This document shows positions 42,891 to 57,449 of a stretch of 64,000 nt of DNA, in pieces; position 1 is the first letter of the stretch; every line of letters begins with the position of its first letter. Below the pieces are notes generated by a model, which saw nothing but the letters and a program-made list of their open reading frames with translations, was not told the origin of the DNA and searched no databases. Made by a program: the position numbers and the translations under genes. Source of the stretch: the human T2T-CHM13v2.0 reference genome, Homo sapiens. The stretch lies in NCBI RefSeq assembly GCF_009914755.1, contig NC_060928.1. The stretch is one strand, 5' to 3'.

Positions 42891-43924
42891 CAAAAGGTGT
42901 ATGGAAAAATACTCAACATCACTAATCATCAGTTAGATGCAAGTTAAAACCACAATGAGATATCATCTCACCCCAACGAAAATGGCTTGTGTCAAAAAGA
43001 AAGGCAATAACAGATGCTGGTGAGGATATAGAGAAAGGAGAACTCTTGTACACTGTTGGTCTGAATGTAAATTAGTACAGCCACTATGGAAAATGGTGTA
43101 CTGGCTCCTTAGAAAACTAAAAACAGATCTACAAATATGATCCAGTAATCCCACTGTTGGGTATATATACCCAAAACAAAGGAAATCAGTATATCAAAGA
43201 GTTATCTGCACTCTCATGTTTATTGCAGCACTGTTTACGATAGTCAAAATATGGAATCAACGTATGTGAACATCAATGGATGAATGAATAAAGATAATGT
43301 GGTATATATGCACAATTAAATATTATTCAGCCATAAAAAATAATAAAATGCTGTCATTTGTAGCAACATGAATGAAACTGGAGGACATTATGTCAAGTGA
43401 AATAAGCCAAGTTCAGGAAGATAAATATTGAATGTTCTCATTCATATGTGGAAGCTAAAAACATTGATTCCATGGAGGTAGAGAGTAGAATGAGGGTTAC
43501 CAGAATGGTAAGGTGGGGAGGAGATGGTGAGAGGTTGGTTAACGCGTACAAAAATACAATTATATAAAAGGAATAATTTTTGGTGTCTGATAGCACTGCA
43601 GGTGACTACAGTTAATAATAAGTCATTGTACATTTAAAAATAGAAGAAAAGATTTGAATGTTGCTAACACAGAAAATGATAAATGTTTGAGGTGATAGGA
43701 ATCCCTGTTACCCTGATTTGAGTATTATGCACTGTATGAGTGTACCAAAATATTATGTGCACCCCATAAACATGTACAATTATTATGTATCAATAAAAGT
43801 CAGTAGAATTTTATCATATTAATAATGAGTATACTTTTATTTTCCCCAAGTAATTATGTATATTAAAACATGATTCTACAAACAAATTTTAAAAGAACAT
43901 TTAAAAAAGCAACCACCTATCATC

Positions 43925-44235
43925 TTTTTAAAGTGGCTTTATTGAGATATATTTCACAAACCATAAAATTCACCCATTTAAAGTGTACAGTTCAATAGTT
44001 TTAGTATATTCACAATAGATCACATTCATAGTTACAGTAGATAACAGTGTATTCACATTATTTAACGATCACTGTAATCTAATTTTAGAAAATTTTATCA
44101 ACTACAAAAGAAACTATGTAGCCACTAGCAGTAGTTTCTATTTCTTCTAATTCCTATAGCCCTTGGCAATCATGAATCTACTTTCTAACTCTATATTTTT
44201 GCATATTCTAGACATTACATATAAATGAAATCATG
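43925..44235 (-). mobile_element. L1MB-like 3' end
   Basis: gctttattgagatatatttcacaaaccataaaattcacccatttaaagtgtacagttcaatag. Confidence 0.75.
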
Positions 44236-44244
44236 TACATACAT

Positions 44245-44630
44245 GAATTATTGAGGTTGAGAATTCCCATGATTTGTCACCTGCAAACTGGAGATCCAAG
44301 AGAGCTGGTGGTGTAATTTTGGCCTGAGTCTGAAGGCCTTAGAACTGATGGTATAACTCCAAGTCCAAAGGCATGAGAAGACCAATGTCACAGCACAACC
44401 TGGTAGGTAGTAAGGGAAAGAATTCTTAATTTCCCTGCATTTTGTTCTATTCAGGCTCTCAATAGACTGAAAAATGACCACCCACATTGTGGAGTTAACT
44501 TTACTTTACTGAGTTAATCAGTTCAAATACTAATCTCATCTGAAAACACTGTTATAGACCAAAACAGAAAAACGTGTAATCTGGGCACTCAATAGCCCAG
44601 TCAAATTCACACTCAAAAGGAACAATTACA
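44245..44630 (-). mobile_element. MLT2-family LTR fragment
   Basis: ttcccatgatttgtcacctgcaaactggaga...ttgttctattcaggctctcaa...gcccagtcaaattcacactcaaa. Confidence 0.7.
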
Positions 44631-45358
44631 TGAGTGATCACCACCTTTTGACTTGTACGCACGGGGCATGATAATCAAGTAGTTTCTATATTTTCAGAAT
44701 TTAGTGGTGAAAAGATGTCAAATTAAATTAAGAAATGAGATATAAAGAGACTCAAATCCTGGCATTTGAAAAAGAGCTATTTCTTATTTAAAATTTTCTT
44801 GTAAATTTCTTTATAAAGAAGAGTAATAACAAGTTCAAAGAAGAAATTAAATGATAATGTGTTTTCCATTGAGGATTGTTATAGCTTGGGTTAGAAAAAT
44901 CTGTGAGGAACAAAAAAGGAAAACAAGAAATTACACACTGCTAATATAGGTGTGATGTTTCAGGTACTAAAAATAAATCACCTTTTCTGATACTGAGAAG
45001 AGAAATACCAAATGACTGCAAATGATCATAATATTTACTTTTATTTCTATAATTTAAAAAACAAAGATTGAGTAAGAAAGATAGAACATAGTTTTGATAC
45101 TCGTGTCCCTCAGGTGCTATCACTAGGAACTAACAAGACAGATGATTTTTTCCAGAATTTTCTCTCTAGAGCTGGTAGTAGGATCTGTGTGTAAGGCACT
45201 GGTTCCAGGAAAGGTGAGATTAGCAGATATCTTTCATTATAACTATACCTTTATGTCAAAGCCAGCTAAATGAAACTATACACTAAAGTTAAAAGTTTAA
45301 AAATACTATGATTATGATTGAAGGACCACTTATAACCACCTTTAAAGAATAGTTTTGT

Positions 45359-45485
45359 GGCTGGGTACAGTGGCTCATGCCCATCATCCTAGCACTTTGA
45401 GAGGCTGAGGCAAGAGGATTGCTTGAACCCAGGAGTATGGACAATGTAGTGAGACCCTGCCTCTATGAAAAAAAATGTAAATAAA
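45359..45485 (+). mobile_element. FLAM/Alu monomer
   Basis: Single Alu arm with A tail; TSD taaagaata(gt/ac)tttg. Confidence 0.8.
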
Positions 45486-46020
45486 TAAAGAATAACTTTG
45501 AGTTGATATTAACTCTGGGGACTCACAACACTGCTTAATACAGATTAGAAAATATTATCAGGCAACATTTTATAACAGTAACTATTATTGCAGAGAAAAC
45601 ATTTTGGGAAAGGTGAACACCAGTGAGAAAGAAAAAGGTAGTTGGGTTATATGAGCACAAGTCTATAGATTTTGGAACAGAATTATGCTGTATTATTATC
45701 TAATTATGTATCCAAATCATCGTGGTCAAGTAAAAGAAGAAATTCAGCTATAGGGAGAGGAGGTGGCAATATGGGGTTTTAAACAAAATCTCTATCTCTA
45801 CTCTTATCTATCTTATGCTGAGAGGTGCAGGGTCGAGTTATCCTAGATCTTAACTTAATGAGAGTCCTGGAGGGGAAATGGGAGCCCAGTGGAAGGAGCT
45901 AGAGGTGAAATCTTGGATTTTAGGGCCCTGCAGACACACAAACCAGAAGAGAGTGAATGATCCTTATTAAGGGGTCTGCAGAAATGAAGGAATTTCTTAA
46001 GAACCCCTACATGTACCAGG

Positions 46021-46458
46021 TGCCAGAAATAGTAAGTTCCTCTTCTAAGCTTCCTTGGTTTTTCTTGCTCTGTGCACAGCCCTTCCTGCTTAGTCTGTAA
46101 TGAGCACTTGTTTCTCTGCTTAATCTGTAACTAGCAAACCTCTTACTCTGTAAACAAGCCTTCCCACCTAGTTGGTAAGGGACAGCCTCTGCCTTCTCCC
46201 CTAATTGGCCTTACTCAATTTCAAACACTAGCCAATCGGGTCAGCTTAGACTGTGTGGTCTGACTCCAGCCAATGGGGAAAGGACTCAGAACAGGAACTG
46301 TGTTAGGGATAAAAACCCCTGCCCTACCTGGCTAGGTGTGCTCTTGTGATTGTGACTGACACAGGCAGCACCCTTTTGCAGAAGTAGATGTGCGTTGCTG
46401 AGAAATTTTCTGCCTAAGTTCTGGTTTTCTTTGCAGCACCCAGCATTTGTTTCTAACA
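46021..46458 (+). mobile_element. LTR10-like (HERV-I, ERV1) solo LTR
   Basis: TG...CA with inverted termini tgccagaaa/tttctaaca; 4-bp TSD cagg; tagccaatcgggtcagcttaga and gttagggataaaaacccct motifs. Confidence 0.75.
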
Positions 46459-47589
46459 CAGGGAAAGAGTGAGCTGTAAAAACCTCTCAAATTCAAGAAA
46501 GCGTAAAGCAAATTGAACAATACGGGTGAGGTAAGAACTTGACTTCTCTAAGTTTTTCCCCTCTACCACCCTCTTCCTAAAATAATTACAGGATGTAGAA
46601 GCTAAGATGAGTAGGCTAAGGAAAAAATTGGTAGGAAAGAAAGAAGATGCCAGAAGATGTCAAAGGTTTTTGCTTCCAGCAGACTCTAACTAAATAAATG
46701 TTAAATTAATGTAAAAATAAATATGGGCTTTTGATTATTACATGGAACAAGATCATTTAATTTTTTAACTGATTGGAGTTTAAAATTGCAGTTACTTAAG
46801 ATTGACCCCTAAGTTTTGAGACTTCCCAAGTCTTTATTCCAGGTAAGTGGGAAGATAGAACATTTTAGAGAATATCTTCACTTTAATCAGGTTGAACCTT
46901 ATATAGCTAACATTTTCTTTTGTCTCAAAATTATGAGAAAAGAAAATGTCATATGAACTCAGAAAAGTAATAGGATCTAAACTTGAACAAGTAAAAAAAT
47001 CATGATTTTTCAATTCTCTTGTGTATATAAATTACTTAGACCAATCTTTAGCAAAAATAAAATGAGAACTGTTTTATAAACAGTAAAGCGTCTACAGATT
47101 ATTCAAGAAAGAAACCTTATCTGTGAGTCCTTTGAGAACAAAAGCATTTTATGACAGCTGTGAACTAATTAATGTCATTAGGTATTAAAAGGCAAGAACA
47201 ACAGAAAACAGTGAGCAGAACATATAGAGAAGTTAGAGGACTGGAAAGAAATTAGGCATGATGTAAAGTTTAAGAACAGTAAAAACTAAATATCATTTGC
47301 ATTGAAGAAAAGGTGTTTGAAAATGATGAGTTCTGTTTTTTGTTTGCTTGTTTATATTTTTCTTTTGGTAACTTTTCTTACCCCTCCCCAAAAACTGTTA
47401 AGTGCTTCATTAGTAAACAACATGATGGACAGAAAGGAGGAACACATTATGAATAGTTTTGGCTTAGAATTATGTGTTAGTTTATAATAGCATGTCTAAA
47501 AGTTTTGAGTTGTATGTAAAATGCTTAAGAATTTTTAATAAAAAATCCCAGTGTGTTGTGATATCTCTTGATCTAAAATAGCTAACATC

Positions 47590-48045
47590 TGAATTTTATG
47601 ATTTCATGCAACAATTTTATTTCATTCATGATTTTGTGGGTCAGGAATTCTGGAAGGGCCAGGCTGGGTGATTCATCTTTGCTCAGGTTGGCAGCAGTAG
47701 AAGCTGTGGGATACACTCAAGATGGCTTCTCCACCCCCATATCTGGTGCCATGGTGCTCCCTGGCCTCTCTTTCTTTCCATACAGCATTTCCAGGGCCTC
47801 TCCAATGTGGCCTGGGCTTCTCACATACAATGGTTTCAGGATAAGTAGCTCAGGGCTCTGGAAGATCAAGAAAGAGACACTAGTTCTCCTACAGGCTGAG
47901 TCTGGAACTGGAGTGGAATAATCTCTGATGCTCTCTATTGTCAAAGCGTAGTCCACCAGTTTAGATTCAAGAGAGAGAAATAGATTCCACCTCTGCATGG
48001 AAGGAGGGTCAGAAGTTTTTCAGCTTTCTTAACCCTCCACACTAT
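47590..48045 (-). mobile_element. Old MLT1 (H/I/J-like) LTR
   Basis: tcatgattttgtgggtcaggaattctggaagggccaggctggg...tagattccacctctgcatgg. Confidence 0.65.
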
Positions 48046-50319
48046 AGTTTATCAACCTTTAAGTTTATCGAGCCTTCTGAGAATCTGATGAAAAATATGG
48101 GAAAATGCACTTTCATCACATTTGTATGCAATTTTGGTGGAAACACTTACCCTGAAGATTTAATGTCTAAAATAAGTTGCTTGATGAATGGAATTATAGA
48201 AACAGTATATAATCCTTACCTTGATGTCAGATCCATTGGTCTGTTCACTAAATCCCTATCTTCTTTGTCCTCTTCATTCTTCTTTAAGCACTCTTGATTT
48301 TCGTCTCCTCCAACCTTAACCTTCTCTTCCTTTCCTCTTGAGGTCTGTCTTTGAAAGGATCTTGGTTGTAGTTCAGCAGTTATAATTTCACAAGGTTCAT
48401 TTCTCTCAGGGTAGTAATAAACTTTTAAAGTATGACTAGGTCAATATTTCTCTAAATGAGCTCCTTTGTCCATAATTTATACCCAGTGGCAAACACTCTG
48501 TGACTAGAAAGACAGAAAGGAAATAATACCTTGGGACAATATTTTAATAGCCAGATGTCATTGCCACTAACCAATGTTTAGGCTGTATACAAGTATAACC
48601 TTGCTGACTGATTTCCAACTCTTATCCAAACTGTCTACCTGGATTTTGTTTCTTGTCAGCCACCACAAATACAAAGGTTGTTTCTCAGTTTTGTTCTGTA
48701 AACATATGATTGCTGCATCCTCCAGGAATTGAAATTAAGCATCCCAGCTTTGGGAATATTTTTCAGAAGCAATAAAAGACTTCTTTGGCTTTGTCTTTTT
48801 ATGAGGATGCTTTGCATCCTGCTCACATGCCTTGTAATGTAATCTCAAGACACAGCTGTTGTTTCAGAGAGTTCATTCATGTCAGCAGCAATTAAAAAGT
48901 CCTTTGTTTTCCAAACATGCTTCCCAGCTTGTCTTGAGGAGCTTTGCAAACAATGACTCCTACAGCTTGAGGAAAGGAATCCTTATTGTGTGTGGCAGAA
49001 AGGGTGTGTCATGCTCATTTTCAGTCTCGTTCCATGATTTACCACAGGTACACCTGTGCATCTTCTTGACAGTGAAGTTTTAAATATAGAACATTCTCAG
49101 TCATCACTTTGCCACCTTGAGTTATGACCCCTTGTAGCAATGAGTTAGAGCATACTTATAAGATGGGATGAAAATCAAACCACTCCTTTGATATTACAGT
49201 GTTACCCTGCTTATATTTTCATTTTATATATCGAAATGGATGTATCCTGGAGACTTGAGCTTCAGTAGCTTGATATTGCTTTGCTTTTAGGTGAGATGTG
49301 TACTATAGGACAGTATCTCAAGGGCTCCCTGTGCATACTTTGTGTTTCAGGTTATGGGCACCTGGAGAATGACGAATTGAAAGAGAGACATGTGCTATGA
49401 TTTCAGAGCCTCAAAAAGGCAGGTTCTTTCCCTATTGGTCCTGTTTTCCTTTCTCAAAAGTGAATGAGTACATTCCTTGTAGAAGATTAGAGAAAGTACA
49501 CATGGCCTTGTCTTATCTAGCCTTTTCACTTGTAGAGTCGGGTCTCATGTGTATTAAGATAAATCACTGCTATGATCATTTACAAATATTAGTATCATGA
49601 ATACATTTGTATACCTTTCAGATTGCTACACATAGACTATGTCTTATTTTAATGATTTGTGTGTGTTTGTGTGTGGTGGTGGTAGGAGTAGGGGTAACTA
49701 AACTGGTACTCAAATAACACATCCTTTCTGTTTTTGGTCAGTTTCTAGACTTCTTTTTGCTTTGGAACAAGAGGATGGGATGAAGGTGGGAGCAGGGAAC
49801 TAAGGAAACTGCTAACATAATGAGCTGAAACACACAGCCGGGGTACATGTTTTGCCTTCACCTTTTAAATAATCAGAATGAGCATGTGACATCTCAAATG
49901 AAATATTCGTTTACCTAATTGACAATGGGTTTTATATTTTAGCAAATATACAAAAAAGTATAGAATCTACACTCTAGGGAATACATAAAGATATTATAGA
50001 ACAGGACAAATATTTCAAACTCAAGTTCCATAAGTCTATAGACTCTTTAAAGTCTGCTGACATTAAGATAAGGAGTAATCAGGTATATATTAAAGTAGAT
50101 TTTAAAAACGTGAAGCTTTTGAGTATTTTGCAAGCCTGTTGGTGAACACACATGTGGACTCTGAGCCATGTGATTAACGTGAGCTCAAGCTTTTCTCAGC
50201 TGGAAAGCTGCCCTTAGCAATAGCATATCCTTCACTCACAATGTCTGAAAATCCGAGTAAAAGGCAGGCAAAGTAATATGTAATTAAAAAGTGTTTTTCT
50301 TATTCTGCCTTTATGAAAG

Positions 50320-50874
50320 TGTTGTAACCAAGCGAGTTACAGAGAAACGCCACACTGTGAGATGAATTCAGGATTCCTTTATTAGCTGGCGACCAAGAAA
50401 TGGCTAGCACTCAAAATTCTCTTGGCCCCGAAGAAAGGGCTAGATTTTCTTTTATACTTTGGTTTAGAAATGGAAGTGGGGGAGTCTAGTTAAAACAATC
50501 TTACAGAAGTAAAGCAGGCAAAAAGTTAAAAGGATAAATGGTTACAGGAAAGCAAACAGTTCCAGGTGCAGGGGCTTTAGATCTATCACACGGTGATAGA
50601 TGTGGGGCTTTGGGTATTATCAACCAGATACAAACATGGGGGCTCTGGGTGCTATTAACTGGGTGAATTCCTGGGAACTGTGGATATAGCTTGCCACAGT
50701 AACTTATCAGTTTAATTGCATTCTTGGATGTGCTGGGAGTCAGCTTGCACAAGTTAAGTCCTTGAGGAAGGAGGATGGGTAAGGGGCTGCAAGTGAAGGA
50801 GCCAAGATGGAGTTTGTCTGGCTCTTTTAGCTAAGGGAGAGTCAATTCAGGTTAAAACAAGGTAGGGTATCACA
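50320..50874 (-). mobile_element. LTR6 (HERVS71) solo LTR
   Basis: Minus strand starts tgtgataccctaccttgttttaacctg and ends cttggttacaaca; 4-bp TSD aaag at 50316-50319 and 50875-50878. Confidence 0.85.
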
Positions 50875-51104
50875 AAAGAAGAGATCCAAATAATCCTAGT
50901 TCATAGAGTTAGAACTGATCTTAAATCAGCTAGTGGAAACCTTGCTTTGTGTAAAAGGAGGAAGCAGCAACAGTAACAGCAGAGAGATAAGTGATTGCCT
51001 ACACACTGCTCAGTCAGCCAGGATCTGAATTTAGGTCTTTTGACTAAGCCAATCCTGAATATCAAATTAGAAAGCCTGAGAGAAGTGTACTAGGTACTTT
51101 GTTT

Positions 51105-52100
51105 TTACATCTTTATTGAGATAATTCACCCATTTAATATATACAGAACTGGGCTGTTTTTTAGTGTTGCTGTTGTTTGGATTTGTATCCCCACCCAAAT
51201 CTCATGTCAAATTGTAGTCCTCAGTGTTGGAGGAGGGGCCTGGTGGGAGGTGATTGGATCATGGGGGCTGATTCCCTCTTGCTGCTCTCCTGATAGTGAG
51301 TGAGTTCTCACGAAATCTGGTTGTTTAAAAGTGTGTAACACTTCCCCCTTTGGTCTCTTCCTCCTGCTCCAGTCATGTAGGATGTGCTTGCTTCCCCTTT
51401 GCCTTCCACCATGATTGTAAGTTTCTTGAGGCCTCCTCAGCCATGCTTCCTGCACAGCCTGTGGAACTGTGAGACAATTAAACCTATTTTCTTTATAAAT
51501 TACCCAGTCTCAGGTACTTCATTATAGCAATGCGAGAACGAACTAGTACAAACCTATTCACAGAGTTTTGGAGTTATCACCACATGTGAACATGACATTA
51601 GAACATGTCAAAACTCCCAAAAGAAAACCTTTCTCCTCTAGCAGTCACTTCCTATTCACACCTAAAGGCCCGCCTCCACCCTCGTCCTAGGCAAGCACTG
51701 GTCTACTGTCTGTCCTGATGGATTTTCCTATTCTGGACATTTCATACAAATGGAATCATTTGACATGTGGTCTTTTGTGAGTAGCTTCTTTCACTTGGCA
51801 TAATATTGTAATACTTCCATGTTAAAATGATAATCCGTATTTCATTTTTTTATTGCCAAATAGTATTTTATTGTACAAACACTCCACATTTTGTTAATCT
51901 GTTAATGAGTTGAAAAATCATATAGGCTGTTTTCATTTTTTGGCTATTATGAATAGTGCTGTTATAAATATTGTGTGAAAGTTTTTGTGTGCACTGCACA
52001 TATATTTTAATTTCTCATGGGTATATATTTGGAAGTGAAATTGTTGGGTCATATGGTAAACCTATGTTCAATATTTTGAAGAACTGCCAAACTATTTTTT
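51105..52100 (-). mobile_element. L1MB/ME-like 3' fragment interrupted by MST
   Basis: ctttattgagataattcacc ... ttctggacatttcatacaaatggaatc ... gaactgccaaactatt. Confidence 0.7.
51168..51550 (+). mobile_element. MSTA/B-like solo LTR
   Basis: gtttggatttgtatccccacccaaatctcatgtc ... gagaacgaactagtaca. Confidence 0.85.
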
Positions 52101-52934
52101 CCTAGTTTGTTTTTAAAACAATGTCACAATATTATACTAACAACTACCATGAATCAGGGCGATGTTCAGCTGATTTTCAAAGTATATAACCATCCATATG
52201 GAAAAGTTGGTGTATATTAATACATAGTTAAAAATCATGAAGAGGCACAAGAAAGTCCTCATCATTAAAATAAGACTATGAAAAGCAATAATCATGCTTT
52301 CTACATTGTGAATAATTTGCATAGTCTACATTTAAACCAGCCAGTATATAACAGGCTTTTCGTTGGCAGCAATAAGGATTTGGCCAAGTTAATGCTAATA
52401 TACTCTTTCACTTTGCATTTCTAGATATAGAAAATGGCAACAGGTTTTTGATAAAGATGTTAAGATATTGAAAAAATAAAACTAAAAATATCAGCAGGAG
52501 AGAAGAACAGCACCATTAAAGGAAGGGACTGGTCTTAGTACTAAAGTTCTCTGAATACCAACTGCATCAGGGGTTTGGCAGCAGTATCATGCACACACTG
52601 AAGAAAGCTTTTTTGCTGCCTTTTGAAGCTGCCTTTTGTAGGTCTTATGTATAAACAAACCAGATTGAGGCTATTCAATTTTTTATCTGTATTTCTCTTA
52701 AGACATTTTGACAGCAATTTTTTTTAACCGTATACCCAGTAAAATAGCTGGAATGTCTAAATTTAGGTCCAAGACCCATTTTTTCTCTGAGCTCCCCCAC
52801 AATCCATGGGACATTACTTTGTATCCTGGAACCCCACCTTCACCTGTGGAACAGGAATAATTATCCACCTATGCACCTAAGGAGATGGGGATATGTGATA
52901 AAAAATGAGCTATGTAGCACACAGTACTCTGTGA

Positions 52935-53238
<304 letters not shown>

Positions 53239-53794
53239 CTGTACTCTAAACTATCAAGCCCTAAAAGGTAAGGCATTTCTATGGGCCAAGTATAACTGTG
53301 CTTATTATAAATGTTTGAAGGGATATTTTAAATGTTCAGAGCACTTATGCTTATTTTTTTCACACCTACCTATAATTAATGATCAGCACTATTTAAAGCA
53401 TTTAAAGGCACATTTCTAAACTAATAGGCACAAATAAAAATATAAAATTAGGAAGAATTGAAACATTTGCTTAGCTACCACATCCAACATGAAACATTCA
53501 CTCCAAAAGGCTTTCTTGGAAGATATTGGAAGGAGCATGGAGCACATACATTACAGAGAAACTGAATTTGTATTTTGCGTAATTTCAGGTTGCAGATTGC
53601 TCAGTTCTTTCCTTATTTCCCACAAACACTTGAAGCTCACCCCATTCTTAACTCCATCTCTTGGAGCTGATTTTATATTTTTGCAGGCAAAAATAAGAGG
53701 TAAAGGGATAGGTGAACTGTGGCTATTTAAAGTAAAATATATATAACACATTTCCTTTGCTCTCTTCTTGTGATACCAATACCAAAACACACCA

Positions 53795-53855
53795 TTTTTT
53801 TATTATACTTTAAGTTTTAGGGTACATGTGCACAACATGCAGGTTTGTTACATAT
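53795..53855 (-). mobile_element. ~60-bp L1PA 3' terminus
   Basis: ttttattatactttaagttttagggtacatgtgcacaacatgcaggtttgttacatat. Confidence 0.85.
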
Positions 53856-54099
53856 AAAGAGTTTTTCAAGTTCCATTTAAAAAAGAAGGAAAAACATAAT
53901 AAAGAGCTATTACTAAAATTCACATCAATTGGCAAGTTAAAAGCAATGCTGGGAATATGACCCTGAAGAGCCATTTCTTTTTTGCTTCTACTCACTTATC
54001 AATATAATTATAGTTTCATTAAATGCATTTGGGATTGAAAGTGTTTGTAAAGTAAACATTTACTTTAAAACAATGTATTAAAAGCTTAGAAAGGTGGGA

Positions 54100-54352
54100 G
54101 TATATATATCTGTACACATAAAAGTACATCTCTATATATATACTTATATATTTTATTATATATAATTTATATGTAATTATATATACTTGTATATATATTA
54201 TTAGTATATATATTTATATATGCAAACAGTATATACATACTATATATAAAGTATACATATATAAAGTTTATATATAAAAAAGTATATATATACTTTATGT
54301 ATAAAAAGTACATATACTTTATAAAAAGTATATATTAAAAAGTATATATATG
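54100..54352. repeat. (TA)n-rich low-complexity tract
   Basis: Degenerate TATATA and aaaaagtatata units. Confidence 0.85.
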
Positions 54353-55129
54353 TTTTCATGATGAAAGATTGCAAATATAAAATAAGACAAAGAATAGGAA
54401 ATTTTAGTAAGAATATATCAACAGAAAATATAATTAGCAGCATGTCGAGAACATTAAATTTTGCTGCTGTAGAATTTTATGAGAGTAGCAGCTGCTCTGC
54501 CACTTACTACCTAAGCATCAATATCTTAAGACAACACAGAGCCTTATTTTTTATTATTTTTTTTCTACCTGAAAAAAAACCAGACAGGGAATTCAGCAGG
54601 TGCTATTTCTGGAGAAAAATGACTAGCATTATGAACATCTTCAGTTATTTGCCTCGCTTCATGTAACTTCCTCTTTCCTCCCTCCAAGTTCTCATTATTC
54701 AAAAATCATTTACTACTAAATTATAGAAACAATAGTTTCTCCTAAAGCAGAAGTGAAGTGAAGCTGGGTATGAGTCAATAAAAAATTACGAGGCTCTCAA
54801 ATCATCAAAAAGATGCCACCTATGACATATGACCTATGCTGGTCTTGGCACCCGTTTATGAAGAGACTAGAAGGGGTAATATTTTTTCTTCTGTGGAACG
54901 GATGGTCCCTGTCATCTCAACTTGAGGGAAGGTTTGTCTTTGAACCAAAACATATTCGTTTTTGGAGGATATACACATGAGCATCTTTTCCTAAGAAAAT
55001 ATGTCCGAAACGCTCATCATTATCTCGGCAAACAGAGCCTGAGATCAGTGGCTTGCAAGCCTCAGTAGCCTGGCTCATTGTTTTCTTCTAGGTATGGTAG
55101 AATCAGTGAGTGCATGGCTCAGAGGGAGG

Positions 55130-55235
55130 CTGTAGAGCTAGGCAAGCCTCAGTTCGGACTTGGCTGCTCAGGAACAGTGTGACCTTGGCAAATTATGGGG
55201 TTTCTTAAAGCCTGTTTCTTCATTTATAAGTTTAA
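55130..55235 (+). mobile_element. MIR fragment
   Basis: gtgtgaccttggcaaattat...gcctgtttcttcatttataa. Confidence 0.55.
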
Positions 55236-55299
55236 GTATATGCATCATTTTTTAAAAAAAGGTTTAAAAGTATGTATATAATACTTTGCACGTGTTATG

Positions 55300-55795
55300 C
55301 ACAGCAGAAGCTGCTGGGTTTCCTTACTCTTTCCTTGCCCATAGAATCCTGAGGATATTTGAGTCACAGAGTACCCAGGGCCAGGGGATTAGTCCTGACT
55401 GTTTTTGTACTATGTGGCAATCTCATTTTCCATTGCCATGGCTGATTTTCAAATATGACATTCAGTTATGGCCAATGATATGTAGCGGGGAGACCTCTGG
55501 GGCTTCTAGGAGAGGTTTTTCACCTTGAAAAGACAGAGGGGTTGGAGGAAAAGTTCTGTTTGGTGTTGGACTTTTGTTATATGAGAACTTGAGGCCTGGT
55601 GCTGCAGTAGCCAACTGACTGAGACAAAACTGAGTATGAAAAGCTGAGCTTGAGTTTGAATGTGGGTCCCCAGGTCATTATGGAGCAACCATGAGACAGC
55701 CTCTTCCAGCCTTTTGTTAAACACAATAAATATCCTGTGTTTAAAGCACTCTGGGTAGTATTTCCCATTATTTGTAACCAAAAGCATCCAACGCA
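55300..55795 (+). mobile_element. Ancient ERVL/MaLR LTR (LTR33/LTR16-like)
   Basis: tggccaatgatatgtagc...ggggcttctaggagag...aataaatatcctgtgtttaaagcact...tttgtaaccaaaagcatcc. Confidence 0.55.
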
Positions 55796-56694
55796 AAAAG
55801 TAGACTGTTAATAATATGTGTTAATCAGTATATTTTAAAAGGGCAAATTGGTATTTATTAAAATCTATATCCTTGAATTAATAGAAAATAATCCCCAACT
55901 GAATTCCAGCTGCAATTCTATAATACTTTTTAGAATTTTGGAAATTTAAAAATCTTAAAAAACCATTTTTTTTTTCGATTTCAAGGAAGATCTAATAAAA
56001 TTTACTTGAATTCAATCAGTTATGTTTATTTTAAAGGCAAAGCAGAATGCCATAGACTTATACTTTGGAAGGGAATTTAATAATAATTATTTATATCTAA
56101 AATTTAAATTAACTCCCTGCCTCTAATTAAAGAGCACTTAAAAACCATCTCAAGAGACAGAACTGGGGTTTTTAAATGAATTTTTAAAAATCAACCTATT
56201 AAATAGCAGCATTTTAGGTTAGGTTTATGTAGTACACAGGTTCATGTTAGAATCCATAATTATGGATCACATCCAGTTTGGGTGATCCATGAAAAATAGC
56301 TCTTCCTTCATGCCCATAATTTACATAAAAGAAGGTATTTCTTGTTCCTTCTTTTAATTACATGGGTAATACTCACTGCAGAGGAGAATCCTAATTTCTG
56401 TTGTATTTTTATTCCTCTATTGGAGATCTTTCTCTTCCCTTTCTTCTGCTTATCTCTGACAGCCTACAAAGCTAAAGGAAATTAAGAATGTATAAACATA
56501 CCAATCCCGGAAATTTGAAATCTTTTCGGATTTTATTAGACCCTGTGATACCAATCAGAAATTTGAAACTTCTTTTGTCTTGGAAGCTGCAGACAGGCTG
56601 TCATATTCTTTAAAAAAAATTAGTGAGAAATGGTACATACAGATCAGGTAAGGACCTAGATCTAGATCTGATTTTTTTTAAAGTACCAGCAATT

Positions 56695-57128
<434 letters not shown>

Positions 57129-57449
57129 CTACTATGTTCCAGGCCATTCTACATTCAAACTTATAAAACCCCTGGAGGCCCCGGGCCCTACTGCGTAGTA
57201 AAAATGCCTCAGAAGCTCCTGTAATTCCCTTGGCCATACTATTGATATTCCAAATTATATTACTATGTGAGCATAAGTGTGTGGCTAGAAAAAAGCAGTC
57301 AAGAATGATGGACTGCATGCAGGCAGGAGTGTGCCTTGTACTCACCTCAGGGTCGGTGAGCTGGACTTGTGGATTATGAACTTGTTGCAGGTGGTCGACA
57401 GGAACTGTCTGTGGTTTGGGTTGTCAGGGGGCATCAAACAATGTAACTG

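Noticed and set aside
54100-54352. Structured array or CRISPR-like repeat
   Set aside because: Only degenerate TA low complexity with no constant repeat-spacer period; the sequence is eukaryotic
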